From Heteronotia binoei (lineage: Eukaryota), in NCBI RefSeq assembly GCF_032191835.1, contig NC_083237.1, forward strand, positions 18,228,001 to 18,292,000: 64,000 nt of DNA, read 5' to 3'. Below are positions 1 to 10,700 of the stretch, in pieces. A program made the position numbers and the translations under genes. Each line of letters starts with the position of its first letter. Position 1 is the stretch's first letter. The notes beneath the pieces are model-generated. The model was not told the DNA's origin and searched no databases. It saw only the letters and a program-made list of their open reading frames with translations.

Positions 1-1
1 G

Positions 2-175
2 CAGGGGTGGAATTCTAGCAGGAGCTCCTTTGCATATTAGGTCACACACCCCTGATGTAGCCAATCCTCCAAGAGCTTACAAAAAAGAGCCTTGTAAAAC
101 TCTTGGAGGATTGGCTACATCAGGAGGTGTATGGCCTAATATGCAAAGGAGCTCCTGCTAGAATTCCACCCCTGG
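2..175. mobile_element. Palindromic hAT-type MITE (tttgcatattaggccacac family)
   Basis: Near-perfect inverted repeat CAGGGGTGG...CCACCCCTG. Relatives at ~9262-9435, 12217-12383 (TSD acaataag), 13202-13317 (TSD cctacatg), 16790-16965, 20070-20160, 22864-23285, 31866-32045, 37069-37475 and 59900-60015. Confidence 0.8.
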
Positions 176-304
176 TTTCACGACAGAGGCTGAGATCTCA
201 GCAGTGGCATGCAGCACCATCAGCAAGCTTTGGATTGCACTCCACTTGCTGATCCAGACATGAGAATCTCCAGGTCAGATTCTTGTAATGCACTCTACAT
301 GGTG

Positions 305-335
<31 letters not shown>

Positions 336-1008
336 TGCAAGCTGACTGTAGACTAACACAGCTGCCCCTCAGGAATGATCTCCATGCTTTGGACTCAGGA
401 GTTCTCTTCAGTGGCAAAGATTCCCTCCATCCCAAAAGCATGTCATGGCAAAAATGTAGCCAAGACACTTCCTTGTGGTGAACTTTCTGGATGGATGGAG
501 CAGCCCTTTGAATGCTATTGAGGTTCTGAAATTTGAAACATCTGGAAAGCAAAGGAGATTAAGGTGGGAAACAGAGCGAATGGCACTGTCAAGGGGAAAA
601 AAACATATGGGTGATCTCCAGGCAATTTAGATAGATCAAGTGTGGCCAAACTGTGGCTCGGGAGCCACTTGTGGCTCTTTCATAGAATCAGACCGATTTC
701 GCACTACGCTTGTTCCGGGTGGAGAGCCCTTTTGCTACCAAGGCTTCTCTCTGTTTTTGCACAAGTTGCCCCAGAGCTGTGAGTTGATGTGCTGTTATTC
801 CGCAGCAAGCGAGATCCTCTGACAAGTGGTTTCCACTTGCTGCGGAATAGCGGCACGCTATTCGCAGCTCTGGGGCAGCTTGTGCTTCCTTATCCTTTGT
901 CAGTAGCATAACTCTTCAGTCTTTCTCTTCCACTGGAAACAGTTACGTAGAAAAAATACCTTTTACTTGCTAATGCTGTGTGATGTCATTTCTATTGTCC
1001 AATTCCAG

Positions 1009-1965
1009 ATGGAGACGGCCAACAGAACTGAAGTACGCGAATTCATTTTGGTGGGATTTAGAGTTGGGCAACAGGAACGATTGCTGCTCCTCATCTTTTT
1101 CACCATTCTCTACCTGTTCGCTGTGGCTGAGAACCTCACCATCATCCTACTGGTGTTTCTGGACACCCACCTGGCTCAGCTTCCCATGTACATCCTGCTG
1201 AGCAACTTCTCTTGGCTGGAGATCTGTTATCTGAGCTCCATTGTGCCTCGAATGCTCTTCGACCTGCCTTCTCCTCACAGAGTCATCTCTTTCCATTCCT
1301 GCTTCCTTCAGTTCTACTTCTTCTTCTCATGTGGAAATACCGAATGCTTCTTCCTCTCAGCCATGGCCTTGGATCGTTACTTGGCCATCTGCCACCCACT
1401 GCGTTACCCACAACTTATGTCCAAAGATTCCTGCTACACTCTTGTGGTTGCTTGTTGGGTTGGTGGTTTACTGTGGTACCTTTTCCCAGTGGTTTTGATC
1501 TCCAAGATGTCCTTCTGTGGTTCCAACATCATAGACCACTTTTTGTGTGATCCCGGGCCAATTTTGTCTCTGGCCTGCCCTCCGCTAGGGATTACTCCCT
1601 ATATCTTCCAGGTTTTTATGAATACTGTGTGTGTAGGCAATGTCTTGTTCATTGTACTATCCTATGGCAATGTGATTTTCACCTTGATGAAGACCTCAAA
1701 CCGAGGCAGTCGTAAGAAAGGCTTCTCCACCATATCAATGCACCTTGTGGTGGTGACCATTTTCTATGGCTCTGGGTCAGGGATGTATTTATCTGCAGGT
1801 TCAGAAAATCCAACAGAGGTCACCAAGGCTATAACACTGTTCTACACTTCCATTACACCTTCTCTCAACCCCATGATTTACTGCCTGAGGAACGATCAGG
1901 TAAAAGAGGCGCTGGGCAATTTGCGGAGGACAATGATATTGCCAAGAAGAAAAGTGTTGGTGTAA
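1009..1965 (+). CDS. Olfactory receptor, class II, OR11-family-like, intact (318 aa from ATG 1009)
   Basis: Motifs PMYILLSNFSWLEICY, MALDRYLAICHPLRY, HFLCDPGP, KGFSTISMHL and NPMIYCLRNDQVKEAL. N-glycosylation site NRT near the N-terminus. ATG is directly preceded by an acceptor-like ttccag; the ORF-track start at 967 is probably intronic. Confidence 0.95.
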   Translation: METANRTEVREFILVGFRVGQQERLLLLIFFTILYLFAVAENLTIILLVFLDTHLAQLPMYILLSNFSWLEICYLSSIVPRMLFDLPSPHRVISFHSCFLQFYFFFSCGNTECFFLSAMALDRYLAICHPLRYPQLMSKDSCYTLVVACWVGGLLWYLFPVVLISKMSFCGSNIIDHFLCDPGPILSLACPPLGITPYIFQVFMNTVCVGNVLFIVLSYGNVIFTLMKTSNRGSRKKGFSTISMHLVVVTIFYGSGSGMYLSAGSENPTEVTKAITLFYTSITPSLNPMIYCLRNDQVKEALGNLRRTMILPRRKVLV

Positions 1966-2132
1966 AGAGTGGGGAGAAAATCAAGGGGGAAAACCTAAGC
2001 ACCCAGTAACTAGTAGAGGGAAGGTTCACATATTCACACAGCTGAATAATTTGGCCATTTCTTATTTTTCAGTGGTTTTTTTTTTTTGCCCACTGATTAT
2101 TTCTAAGAATTAACTAGCAGAAGAGAAGGAGT

Positions 2133-2577
2133 TAGGGCTGCCAATCCCCAGGTGGGGACAGGGTATCCCCCAGTTTGGAGGCCCTCCCTCCACTTCAGGG
2201 TCATCAGAAAACAGGGGAGGGGGAGGGAAATGTCTGCTGGGCTCTCCATTATTCCCTATGGAGACCAATTCCCATAGGGTATTAGGGAGAATTGATATAT
2301 GGGTATCTGAGGCTCTGGGAAAACTGTTTTTTGAGGTAAATGCACCAAATTTGCAGCATATCATCCAGTGCCTCTTCTCAAAACACCCTCCAAGTTTCAA
2401 AAATATTGGACCAGGGGATCCAAATCTATGAGCCCCCCAAAAAGGTGCCCCTGTGCAGTCCCTTTAAATGTGATGGCCCAAGCTCCCTTTGGAGTTCAAG
2501 TATGCTTGTCACAACCTTGCTCCTGGCTCCACCCCCAAAGTCCCCAGATATTTCTTGACTTGGACCTGGCAACCCTA
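2133..2577. mobile_element. hAT (Tip100-like) non-autonomous element
   Basis: TIR TAGGG(C/T)TGCCA...TGGCAACCCTA; perfect 8-bp TSD gaaggagt. Confidence 0.88.
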
Positions 2578-2859
2578 GAAGGAGTGTTCCGCTAGGCCTC
2601 CAGTAAGCCCGGGATCTCTCTGTCTCGTGTCAAAAAAGTTGGCAAAGGCTCCAGAATATGAAGCCAGGAATCCAAAGTTTAGACTAGCGCAAGCCATTGG
2701 TAAACACTGCCAAGAACAAACAGAATAGGATATACAAATATGCTGCTAGAGAAAAGGAAGAGAGGGTGGGGATCCGCTGGACAAGGAGACGTATGTTTTA
2801 GCTTCCATGCTTCCAGTTTAGTTTAGCTTTTATAGTATAAGAAGACTGAGACAGATGGA

Positions 2860-2980
2860 CAGGAAGGGAGAAGAAGAATCTCAACGTGTCCGAAGAAGTG
2901 TGCACGCACACGAAAGCTTATCCCCAGAATTAAACTTTGTTGGTCTTCAAGGTGTCACTGAACTCAAACTTTGTTCGATC
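2860..2980 (+). mobile_element. Penelope-like element terminal fragment with hammerhead-like motif
   Basis: gaagaagtgtgcacgcacacgaaagctta...aaactttgttggtctt.aaggtg. Confidence 0.65.
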
Positions 2981-3246
2981 TCACACCAGACATTTTTCAG
3001 CTATCCGGTCAAGTTTTAGACTGGAACTAGTTTTGACAAGTCCAGCACACTCTGAAATCCCTAAGAGGCAGAACTGCCTGCTGATTTACAACAGAAAGCA
3101 AGCTGCATTCTGATAAAGAAAAAAGTCATTAATTTGCCCCCAACAAAACGAAGCCCACAAGCCTTGATGGATTTTCGTCCCAGAATGATTTCACGAGAAG
3201 GCATCTTTTAAATAAAACTGAGTATAATTAAGTATCCTGATTATGA

Positions 3247-3531
3247 GAAAAGAAAGACTGCAGATTTATACCCCACCCTTCTCTCTGAAACAGAGATTCA
3301 GAGCGGCTTACAATCTCCTATATCTTCCCCCCCCCCCCCAACAACAGACACCCTGTGAGGTGGGTGGGGCTGACAGAGCTCTTACAGCAGCTGCCCTTTA
3401 AAGGACAATTTTGCGAGAGTTATGGCTGACCCAAGGCCATTCCAGCAGGTGCAAGTGGAGGAGTGGGGAATCAATCCTGGTTCTCCCAGATAAGAGTCGA
3501 CACACTTAACCACTACACCAAACTGGCTCTC
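3247..3531 (-). mobile_element. Squam3-like (MIR/Ther1-derived tRNA) SINE
   Basis: Head gagagccagtttggtgtagtggttaag, B-box ggtttgattcc, cctcacagggtgtctgttg core, (CTT)n tail. Confidence 0.8.
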
Positions 3532-4352
3532 TTGTCCTTCATGAGTTTCCCCTTCCCAAAGAGGAAGAAAGTAATCTTTGCACCCGTATTAGAGAAAAGG
3601 CTTGAGGATAAAACAGTTGATGTTAAATCAAGACAGGATTTGAGAAGGGGGGGGGGGGGAGTGTGAAATTTGATCCAACTAAACACTCTGTTGGAGTGCT
3701 GAAGCACAAGCTAGGAAGGAATAAACACACACATTTCCTCCTGCATTCCTAGGTTCCCCTCCTCTTTCTCTATGGCAAATTTTCAAGCTATAGCTGTATA
3801 TAACCTGCAGATATGCTATGCAATACGTACCAATGTCATGCTTCTGTACACACCGATATATATTCTGTTAGTAACCAGAAAATCTCAAAGGAATATCTTT
3901 GAGGAGAATTGTGACAAGTTTGGTTCTAAGATGTCTCCTGTGAGGAGATAGCCTATGCAAGCTGTGTTAGATACCAATTTGATGGAGCTTTGAGTCTTGA
4001 AGACTTAGGCCCTGAAAGTTTTATTGGTCTCTTAAGGTGCTACCAGACTCAAATCTAACTGTCCAACTCTAGTCCAACATGGCTCCCCTCTGAAATTACG
4101 TCTTCATGGCCAGCTGAGTCAGATCCTGAGGTGGCCTTAAAACAGTTCCAACTTTAGGATGACCTGACCCAGCCATGGGACGGGGAAATTCAAGAAGAAC
4201 CAGAGGGCTTTCTTGACATTTTTTTTTGTGGAAGACCCTATCAGCAAGCTGGAAAAAATCCAAGCTGGACTGGAGCTAAGCAGCTGATTGTGAGGTGAGC
4301 TAGACAGACTATAAAAGAATGAAAAGTCCTCAGAGGGATTTGGAGAGGAAAG

Positions 4353-4624
4353 TGTTGTGTCTTGAAACGTAAGCTAATGTACCGCGTGGCGATCACTACA
4401 GACGCGACCAGGGGAAACCCACTGGCCCCCGGATGTAGCTCGCTAGACGCTCCGTCCATCAAGATCTGTGGCGGGAAGTTTAACTGGCCAGGATTGGACT
4501 GGTCAGACTGGGGGGCAGTTCCGGGGAATGTATATAAGCGGGACCCGGCCCGCGTGTTCTCTTGTAATGTACCACCGAATAAAGCATGTTGCCTTCAACC
4601 CGTCTCGTCACTCAGTACATTACA
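4353..4624 (+). mobile_element. Solo LTR (272 bp)
   Basis: TG...CA ends; 5-bp TSD GAAAG (4348-4352 / 4625-4629); TATATAA and AATAAA; CpGs retained. Confidence 0.85.
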
Positions 4625-4639
4625 GAAAGATATCCAAAC

Positions 4640-4935
4640 AGAGCCAGTTTGGTGTAGTAGTTAAGTGTGCGTACTCTTATCCAGGAGAACCAGGTTTGAT
4701 TCCCCACTCCTCCACTTGCAGCTGCTGGAATGGCCTTGGGTCAGCCATAGCTGTTGTAGGAATTATCCTTGAAAGGACAGTTGCTGTAGGAGCTCTCAGC
4801 CCCACCTACCTCACAGGGTGTCTGTTGTGGGGAGGGGGGGGAGATCATGACCGCTCTGAGACTCTGAGATTCAGAGTATAAGGTGGGATATAAATCCAAT
4901 ATCTTCTTCTTCTTCTCCTTCTCCTTCACTTCCTC
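4640..4935 (+). mobile_element. Squam3-like SINE
   Basis: Same consensus with (CTT)n tail. Confidence 0.8.
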
Positions 4936-5994
4936 TTTTTTCAGGTTCTCATTCAAGGAAGCCAAAATTGCTGAAAGAGATGGGTCTTCCCACAGGACTG
5001 TTTTTGACTGCTAGTTTGATTTGTTTCCCTCTTCTGTTGAGGCTGGTGAGATTATTGTTCCATAACTATATATTATACAGAATTTTACAGGTCAAACTTA
5101 GCTGTATCACCTGAGAATTCTTTGCATAGGGTTGTGTTCTAGAATATCTCGTGTAAACTAAAGAGGGGCAACACTCTTGTAAAAGTTTATGCACAAATAA
5201 AAACCCATAAAATTTGGTGTCCAAATTCCATTTTCCCTGGGCATGCTATTCCCTGCATAAAAGACTTTTCACAGTGTAGGCTTGGCCTAGGAAACTAAGC
5301 AGATCAATAGGAGCCGAAGGGTTGCAAGACCAATGCACAGAACTACACGGAAGTCTACTTTTCTGCCAGAATTGAAGGGTCAAACAGTCCATGTATATCA
5401 TTTTTAAAAACTGGAAGACACAATGGAGTGGGGTGGAAATATGGATCATGGTTAAGCAAAGCTGTGGCATGGGAGAAATTAGCCTAATCCTTTTCTCATT
5501 GAACTGTTTTTATCAGGGGTGGTTTTGTAGAAAAATAGTTAGTGGAGCTCATTAGCATAACTCATTAGCATATATTGCCCCCCCATCAGCCAAAAACAAC
5601 CCGAAGCAAAAAAGGAGAGCCCTGGGTGAGTGAGGCCTGCTAACTCTAGCCAGCCCAAGCAGGCCTCGCTCGCTTGCAGCTCTCCTGCGCCGCACCCCCA
5701 CGCCAGTCAAAAGGCCAGAAAGCCACCCAACCACCCAAGATCACATAAGAAGTGGAGAAAGGGTGGTGTGGGCTTCTGCAGGGGTTCATGAGGGCTGTTG
5801 GGGTGTGTGGCAAAGCCCCTGGTGGCTGGCTGGCTGCCCGCTCTCCTAATCCAGGGATAGTTATGCAGCTGCACTTACTATTCAATGGACAAGGTAGGTG
5901 GGGAGGAGGAGGGGGAACCTTCAGAAAAGTTCAGGAGCTCTGCTCCTGTGACCTCCTGCTGAATTCAAGGCCTGGTTTTTATAGCCTGAGTTAA

Positions 5995-6200
5995 GAGCCC
6001 ATGTTGGTGTAGTGGTTAAGAACAGCAGACTGTACTCTAAAGAACAAGGGTTTGATTCCCCACTCCTCCTCCACATGAGGCCTGCTGGGTGGCTTTGGGT
6101 CAGCCGTGGTTCTCTCACAACTCTCTCAGCCCCACCCACCTCACAAAGTGCATGTTTTGGGGAGAGGAAGGGAAGGTGATCATAAGCCCCCTGGAGACTC
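5995..6200 (+). mobile_element. Older Squam3-like SINE
   Basis: ggtgtagtggttaag head and cacctcacaaagtg core. Confidence 0.65.
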
Positions 6201-6491
6201 TTCTTCCACTTTCTGTGGGGAGGACAAGTAAGGTTGCCAACCTCCAGGTGGGGCCTGGAGTGTTCCTGAAACCCTAGCGGCTCTCCAGATGACATCGATC
6301 AGTTGCTGTGGAGAAAACAGCTGCTTTGGGTGTGTATTCTAATTTCAGTACACCCCTGCTGGGTTCCCACACCTCCAACCCTCCCCAAGCTCTACCCCAA
6401 AATCTCCCAAGAAATTCCCAAGTTGGAATTGGAAAGCAATAATATATATAGATGCCCATGTGTTAAAACTGTGTGTGCCTGTTAAAATTTT

Positions 6492-6737
6492 CACAGAATC
6501 ATAGAATTAAAGAATTGGAAGGGACCTCCAGGGTCATCTAGTCCAACCCCATGCACAATGCAGGGAACTCACAAATACCTCCCCCTAAATTCACAGGATC
6601 CTCATTGCTCTCAGAGGGCCATCTAGCCTCTAGTTAAAAATCTCCAAGGAAGGAGAGCCCACTGCCTCCCGAGGAAGGCTGTTCGACTGAGGAACTGCTC
6701 TAATGGTCAGAATGTTCTTCCTAATGTTGAGCTGGAA
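6492..6737 (-). mobile_element. CR1 LINE 3' end
   Basis: cacagaatcatagaa...gaagggacc..ggtcatctagtccaaccc, the CR1 terminus in reverse. Confidence 0.8.
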
Positions 6738-7623
6738 TTTTGTGTTACAGCACCCGCTAGCGCTTAGAGGGCTGGGCTTGCATCTCTGTTCAGCCCGGAT
6801 AAGGAGGTGACCCATGGGGGGGGGGGGGAGGAAGGAGGGCTCTGTTTCGCTCCAGAGCACTGCAAGAGCAGAAGAAGGACTTCTGGCTTCCTTCCTGCAC
6901 CATTTTTGCCAGCAGGAAGGGCTCTTGCTGCATGTTTCCGCTGGCAAAAATGGCCCAGGAGGAGGGAAGCCTGAAGCTGCACCCCCCCCCCCAAGGACTT
7001 CAGAGCCAACCAAAGTAGAAAAAAACACTTTTAAGGCGAGTTCCCTTGTTCACACAAGTGACTGAGATTGGGGTCCAGCACCACCGATCCACCTTGTGTA
7101 ACACGTAACATCCAGTTTGGTCCCAGTTCCCTCCAATTTCTCATCTGTAGAGGGGAGAGAGCCCTCCCGGCTCATAATCGCTCCCACAGCACGGGAAGCT
7201 CTCTGACGTGCAGTCCAGGAACCAGCCAGCGAGGACAGCCACCAAGCGCTTCATTGGTTTTTATTTCCACAGCAGCACCAGCTCACAAGGACACAGGCCT
7301 CTGCCCTGACCACCTTACAATTTAAAACTGAATTAAAGCATTCCGAATCATCAACACCGAATCCATTGTAATCTACCAATGTGCTAGAAGAGAGGTTATT
7401 GGTGCTGGAGACAGTATACTCCAGTCAAGAGACAGCTGAAGGCACGTGCCAGGATAAACTCAGGACTCAACAGGACAGAAGCAGATAGCACAGCATGGTA
7501 TAAGTGCAGAGGGAGGAGCAGAACAGTTCCCCCCGGCAATCCCCATGGAGAGACAGCAAGGTGCCACGCGTGACATGGGGTGGATTCACACACAGTAAGG
7601 GGTGGCAAGTGGGCCCAACCACT

Positions 7624-7725
7624 TTAGGCAGCCATGTTTTCTTTGGTTGGCTCCTCATATGGAGGGGGCACTTCTGGACCGGCCCCTTCTGGATCCCCAA
7701 CTGGGAGGTAGTCCTCACTGTCCGC
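7624..7725 (-). CDS. TMEM176: TMEM176-like terminal coding exon (ADSEDYLPVGDPEGAGPEVPPPYEEPTKENMAA*)
   Basis: cccctttatttgcag acceptor, in phase, TAA stop; candidate AATAAA on - at 7260-7265. Confidence 0.78.
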   Translation of the reverse strand, partial: ADSEDYLPVGDPEGAGPEVPPPYEEPTKENMAA

Positions 7726-10700
7726 CTGCAAATAAAGGGGAAGAAAATGGAGGAGTCGCTACTTGGGAAGAAGACAAAATGGCCACCGCTGGTGCAGGGA
7801 ACGGCCCCCTGCACTTCAGAGGCCTAGCTTAGCTAAGGCAGTGCCAGAAGAAGAAGGAGGAGGAGGAAGAAGAAGACTGCAGATTTATACCCCGCCCTTC
7901 TCTCTGAATCAGAGATCAAGAGCGGCTTACAATCTCCTATATCTTCTCCCCTCACAACAGGCATCCTGTGAGGTGGTGGGGCTGAGAGGGCTCCCCCAGA
8001 AACTGCCTATCAAGGACAACTCTTATAAGAGTTATGGCTGACTCAAAGCCACACCAACAGCTGTTAAGTGGAGGAGTGGGGAATCAACCGCAGTTCTCCC
8101 AGATAAGAGTCCGCACACTTAACCACTACACCAAACCGGCTCTCTGCTTACAGAAGGCCTGGACAAGCCTGATGACCTCACAGTTCCCGACCAGCGTTCC
8201 CTCTAAGCTGAGTTGGTGTGAGCTAGCTCACATTTTTTTAGCCTCCGGCTCACAAATTTTTGTCTTCACTCAGGAAAAATGGCCCCAGGGCAAGCTAATT
8301 GATGCAGTCACTCACAACTTGAATGCTGGCAGCTCACAAAGTAGAATTTTTGCTCACAAGACCCCACAGCTTTGAGGGAACATTGCCCCGACACTTTGTC
8401 CTGAGGAGGTATGTGAAAGCCTAAAAGTGTACCGTTGACTTCCATGAGGTGCTTTCCATCCCGAAGCATCCCACATCCTCCCTCCCTGCCCACCAGGCAT
8501 CCCCTCCAAATACCCGTGGGGTGCAGCAGAGAACACGCAGGCCATATCCGAAGCAGAAGACGGCGATTCCTGTGGCAGCTGCAGTGAAAATCAGGAGCAG
8601 GATCTCAACACCAGTAAAGACGTTCTAGGGGGTGGGGGAAAGCAAAATGGATCAGCTTTAAGAAGGCCCAAGAGAGTCCCTCTGCAACACCTGCCTGCTT
8701 GTCTGTTTGTTTCAGGCTCTTGTGAAGAACACCCTGCGGTTGGGCAGAGGCAGCAGGGGTCCTTTCGTAGAAAAAGAGGTGCCAGAGCTCATCAGCACAA
8801 CTCCTTTGCATAACTCGTTTGCCTATGCCACACACCCCTGACATCACCAGAAGGAGGACCTAATTACATCAGCTCAGCATCGACCTTAAAATGCTTCTGG
8901 AATTCGAACTGTCATCCTAAAACCTTACTCCCGTGATACTTTTAAAATTATTTTCTCCCATGTGGCCACAGTGGCATGAGGAAGATTTCCAACTGTCTGC
9001 TTGATATGTTTTGGTTATTTCCCCATTTTTGTGTGTGTGGGGGGGAAATATTAGAAAGTTTGTCAGATCTTAAGAGTTCAGTAAAATTCTCACAGGGGGG
9101 TTGAACAATGGAGCCCAGAAGCAAGTATTCTTTTTTTTGAGGGGGGGGGGAGTTAAGAAAGAAAGAGCGCAATCAGATTTAGAGGCTCCAGAGCTCCACT
9201 CCTGCGAGATCCTGCCCAAAATGAGGCCCGCTCTTTTCTCAAGTTGGATAAGCATGGAACTTGGGGTGGAATTCTAGCAGGAGCTCCTTTGCATATTAGG
9301 CCACACACCCCTGATGTAGCCCATCCTCCAAGAGCTTACAAGGCTCTTTTTTGTAAGCTCTTGAAAGATTGGCTGCATCGGGGGGGGGGGGTAGCCTAAT
9401 ATGCAAAGGAGCTCCTGCTAGAATTCCACCCTGGATAGGACCCACTGGAGTAGGATGTCTCACCCCAGAAGGCCATCAGCTCCTATTGAAGGAGAGGGAG
9501 TGGAAGTGGTGGAGCCTGTCCATCTGATCTTCAGGCCACATATATCAGTTCCCCTGGAGAAAGTGGCAGGTTTAGAGGGTGGTCTCTGCATCATCCTAGC
9601 CCTCCTGAGCTTCCTCCTCTCCCCAAACTCCACCCTCCCCAGGCTCCACCCCCCCCCCAAAGATCTTACAGTTCAGTAAAATTCTCACAGGGGGGTTGAA
9701 CAACGGACCCCAGAAGCAAGTATTTGAGGGGGGGAGGAGAGAAAGAAAGTGCACAATAAACTATAAAGGTACATCAAGGGTGTGAGGCCTCATATGTAAA
9801 GGAGTTCCTGCTACAAAAAAAGCCCCGGGCACAGCTCATATAAGTCTGACCTCCCCCCACCCCCAGCAAGCACTAGGGATCCAGCCCCACTGTCCAGGCC
9901 TCCGAGGGCTCAGAGAAAGCTCTGCTCACCAGCAGCTTCATCATCCAGCTCCTGCATCTTTCCATGCTCCAGAAATTGTTGGGGCTCCACGTGGGCCTCC
10001 ATCTTCCACTTGGTGTATAACCGGCTTCCCTCATGCAGGCGTCATCGATCCAATAGCGCCTGAACCACAGATCCGGCATGTACACGATGCCCAGTGCCAA
10101 GCCCACGCAGCCAGCCACGACACTGGCCAGGTTGAAGAGGGTGGCCAGGAGGACCTGGGGGCGGGAGAAAATGTTTGGGAGGGAGTCTCCAGAGGAGAGG
10201 TTGCCCCAGGCCTGGGAAGCCCCTGCCCTTTGGGGGGACACCAGAGGAATGGGCCCCAGCAGGAAGCCCCCTCGGTCACTCACCCAGCAGCGGCCCCCGC
10301 GTCTCTCGCTGAGCACACACAAGGAGCCAGACACCACAAACTGTGAAGGGAAGGAGGAGGAGGAGAAGGAAAAGAAGGAGTAGGAGGAGAAGGAGAAGGA
10401 AAAGGAGGAGAAGGAGAAGAAGAAGGAGGAGGAGAGGAAGAAGAGGAAGAGGAGAAGATTGGATTTATACCCCACTCTTCACTACCTTAAAGAGTCTCAG
10501 AGCGGCTTATAATCTCCTTTCCCTTCCCCTCCCCTCCCCACACCCTGTGAAGTAAATGGGGCGGAGGGAGCTCTGACAGAAACTGCTATTCAGAGGAACA
10601 AGCTCTAAAAGAACTTGTGACTGACTCAAGGTCACGTCAGCAGCTGCAAGTGGAGGAGTGGGGAATCCAACCTGGTTCTCCCAGAGAAGAGTCAGCGCAC

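Noticed and set aside
9873-10475. 200-aa single-exon membrane protein
   Set aside because: It is two TMEM176 exons read through an in-frame intron plus a SINE tail.
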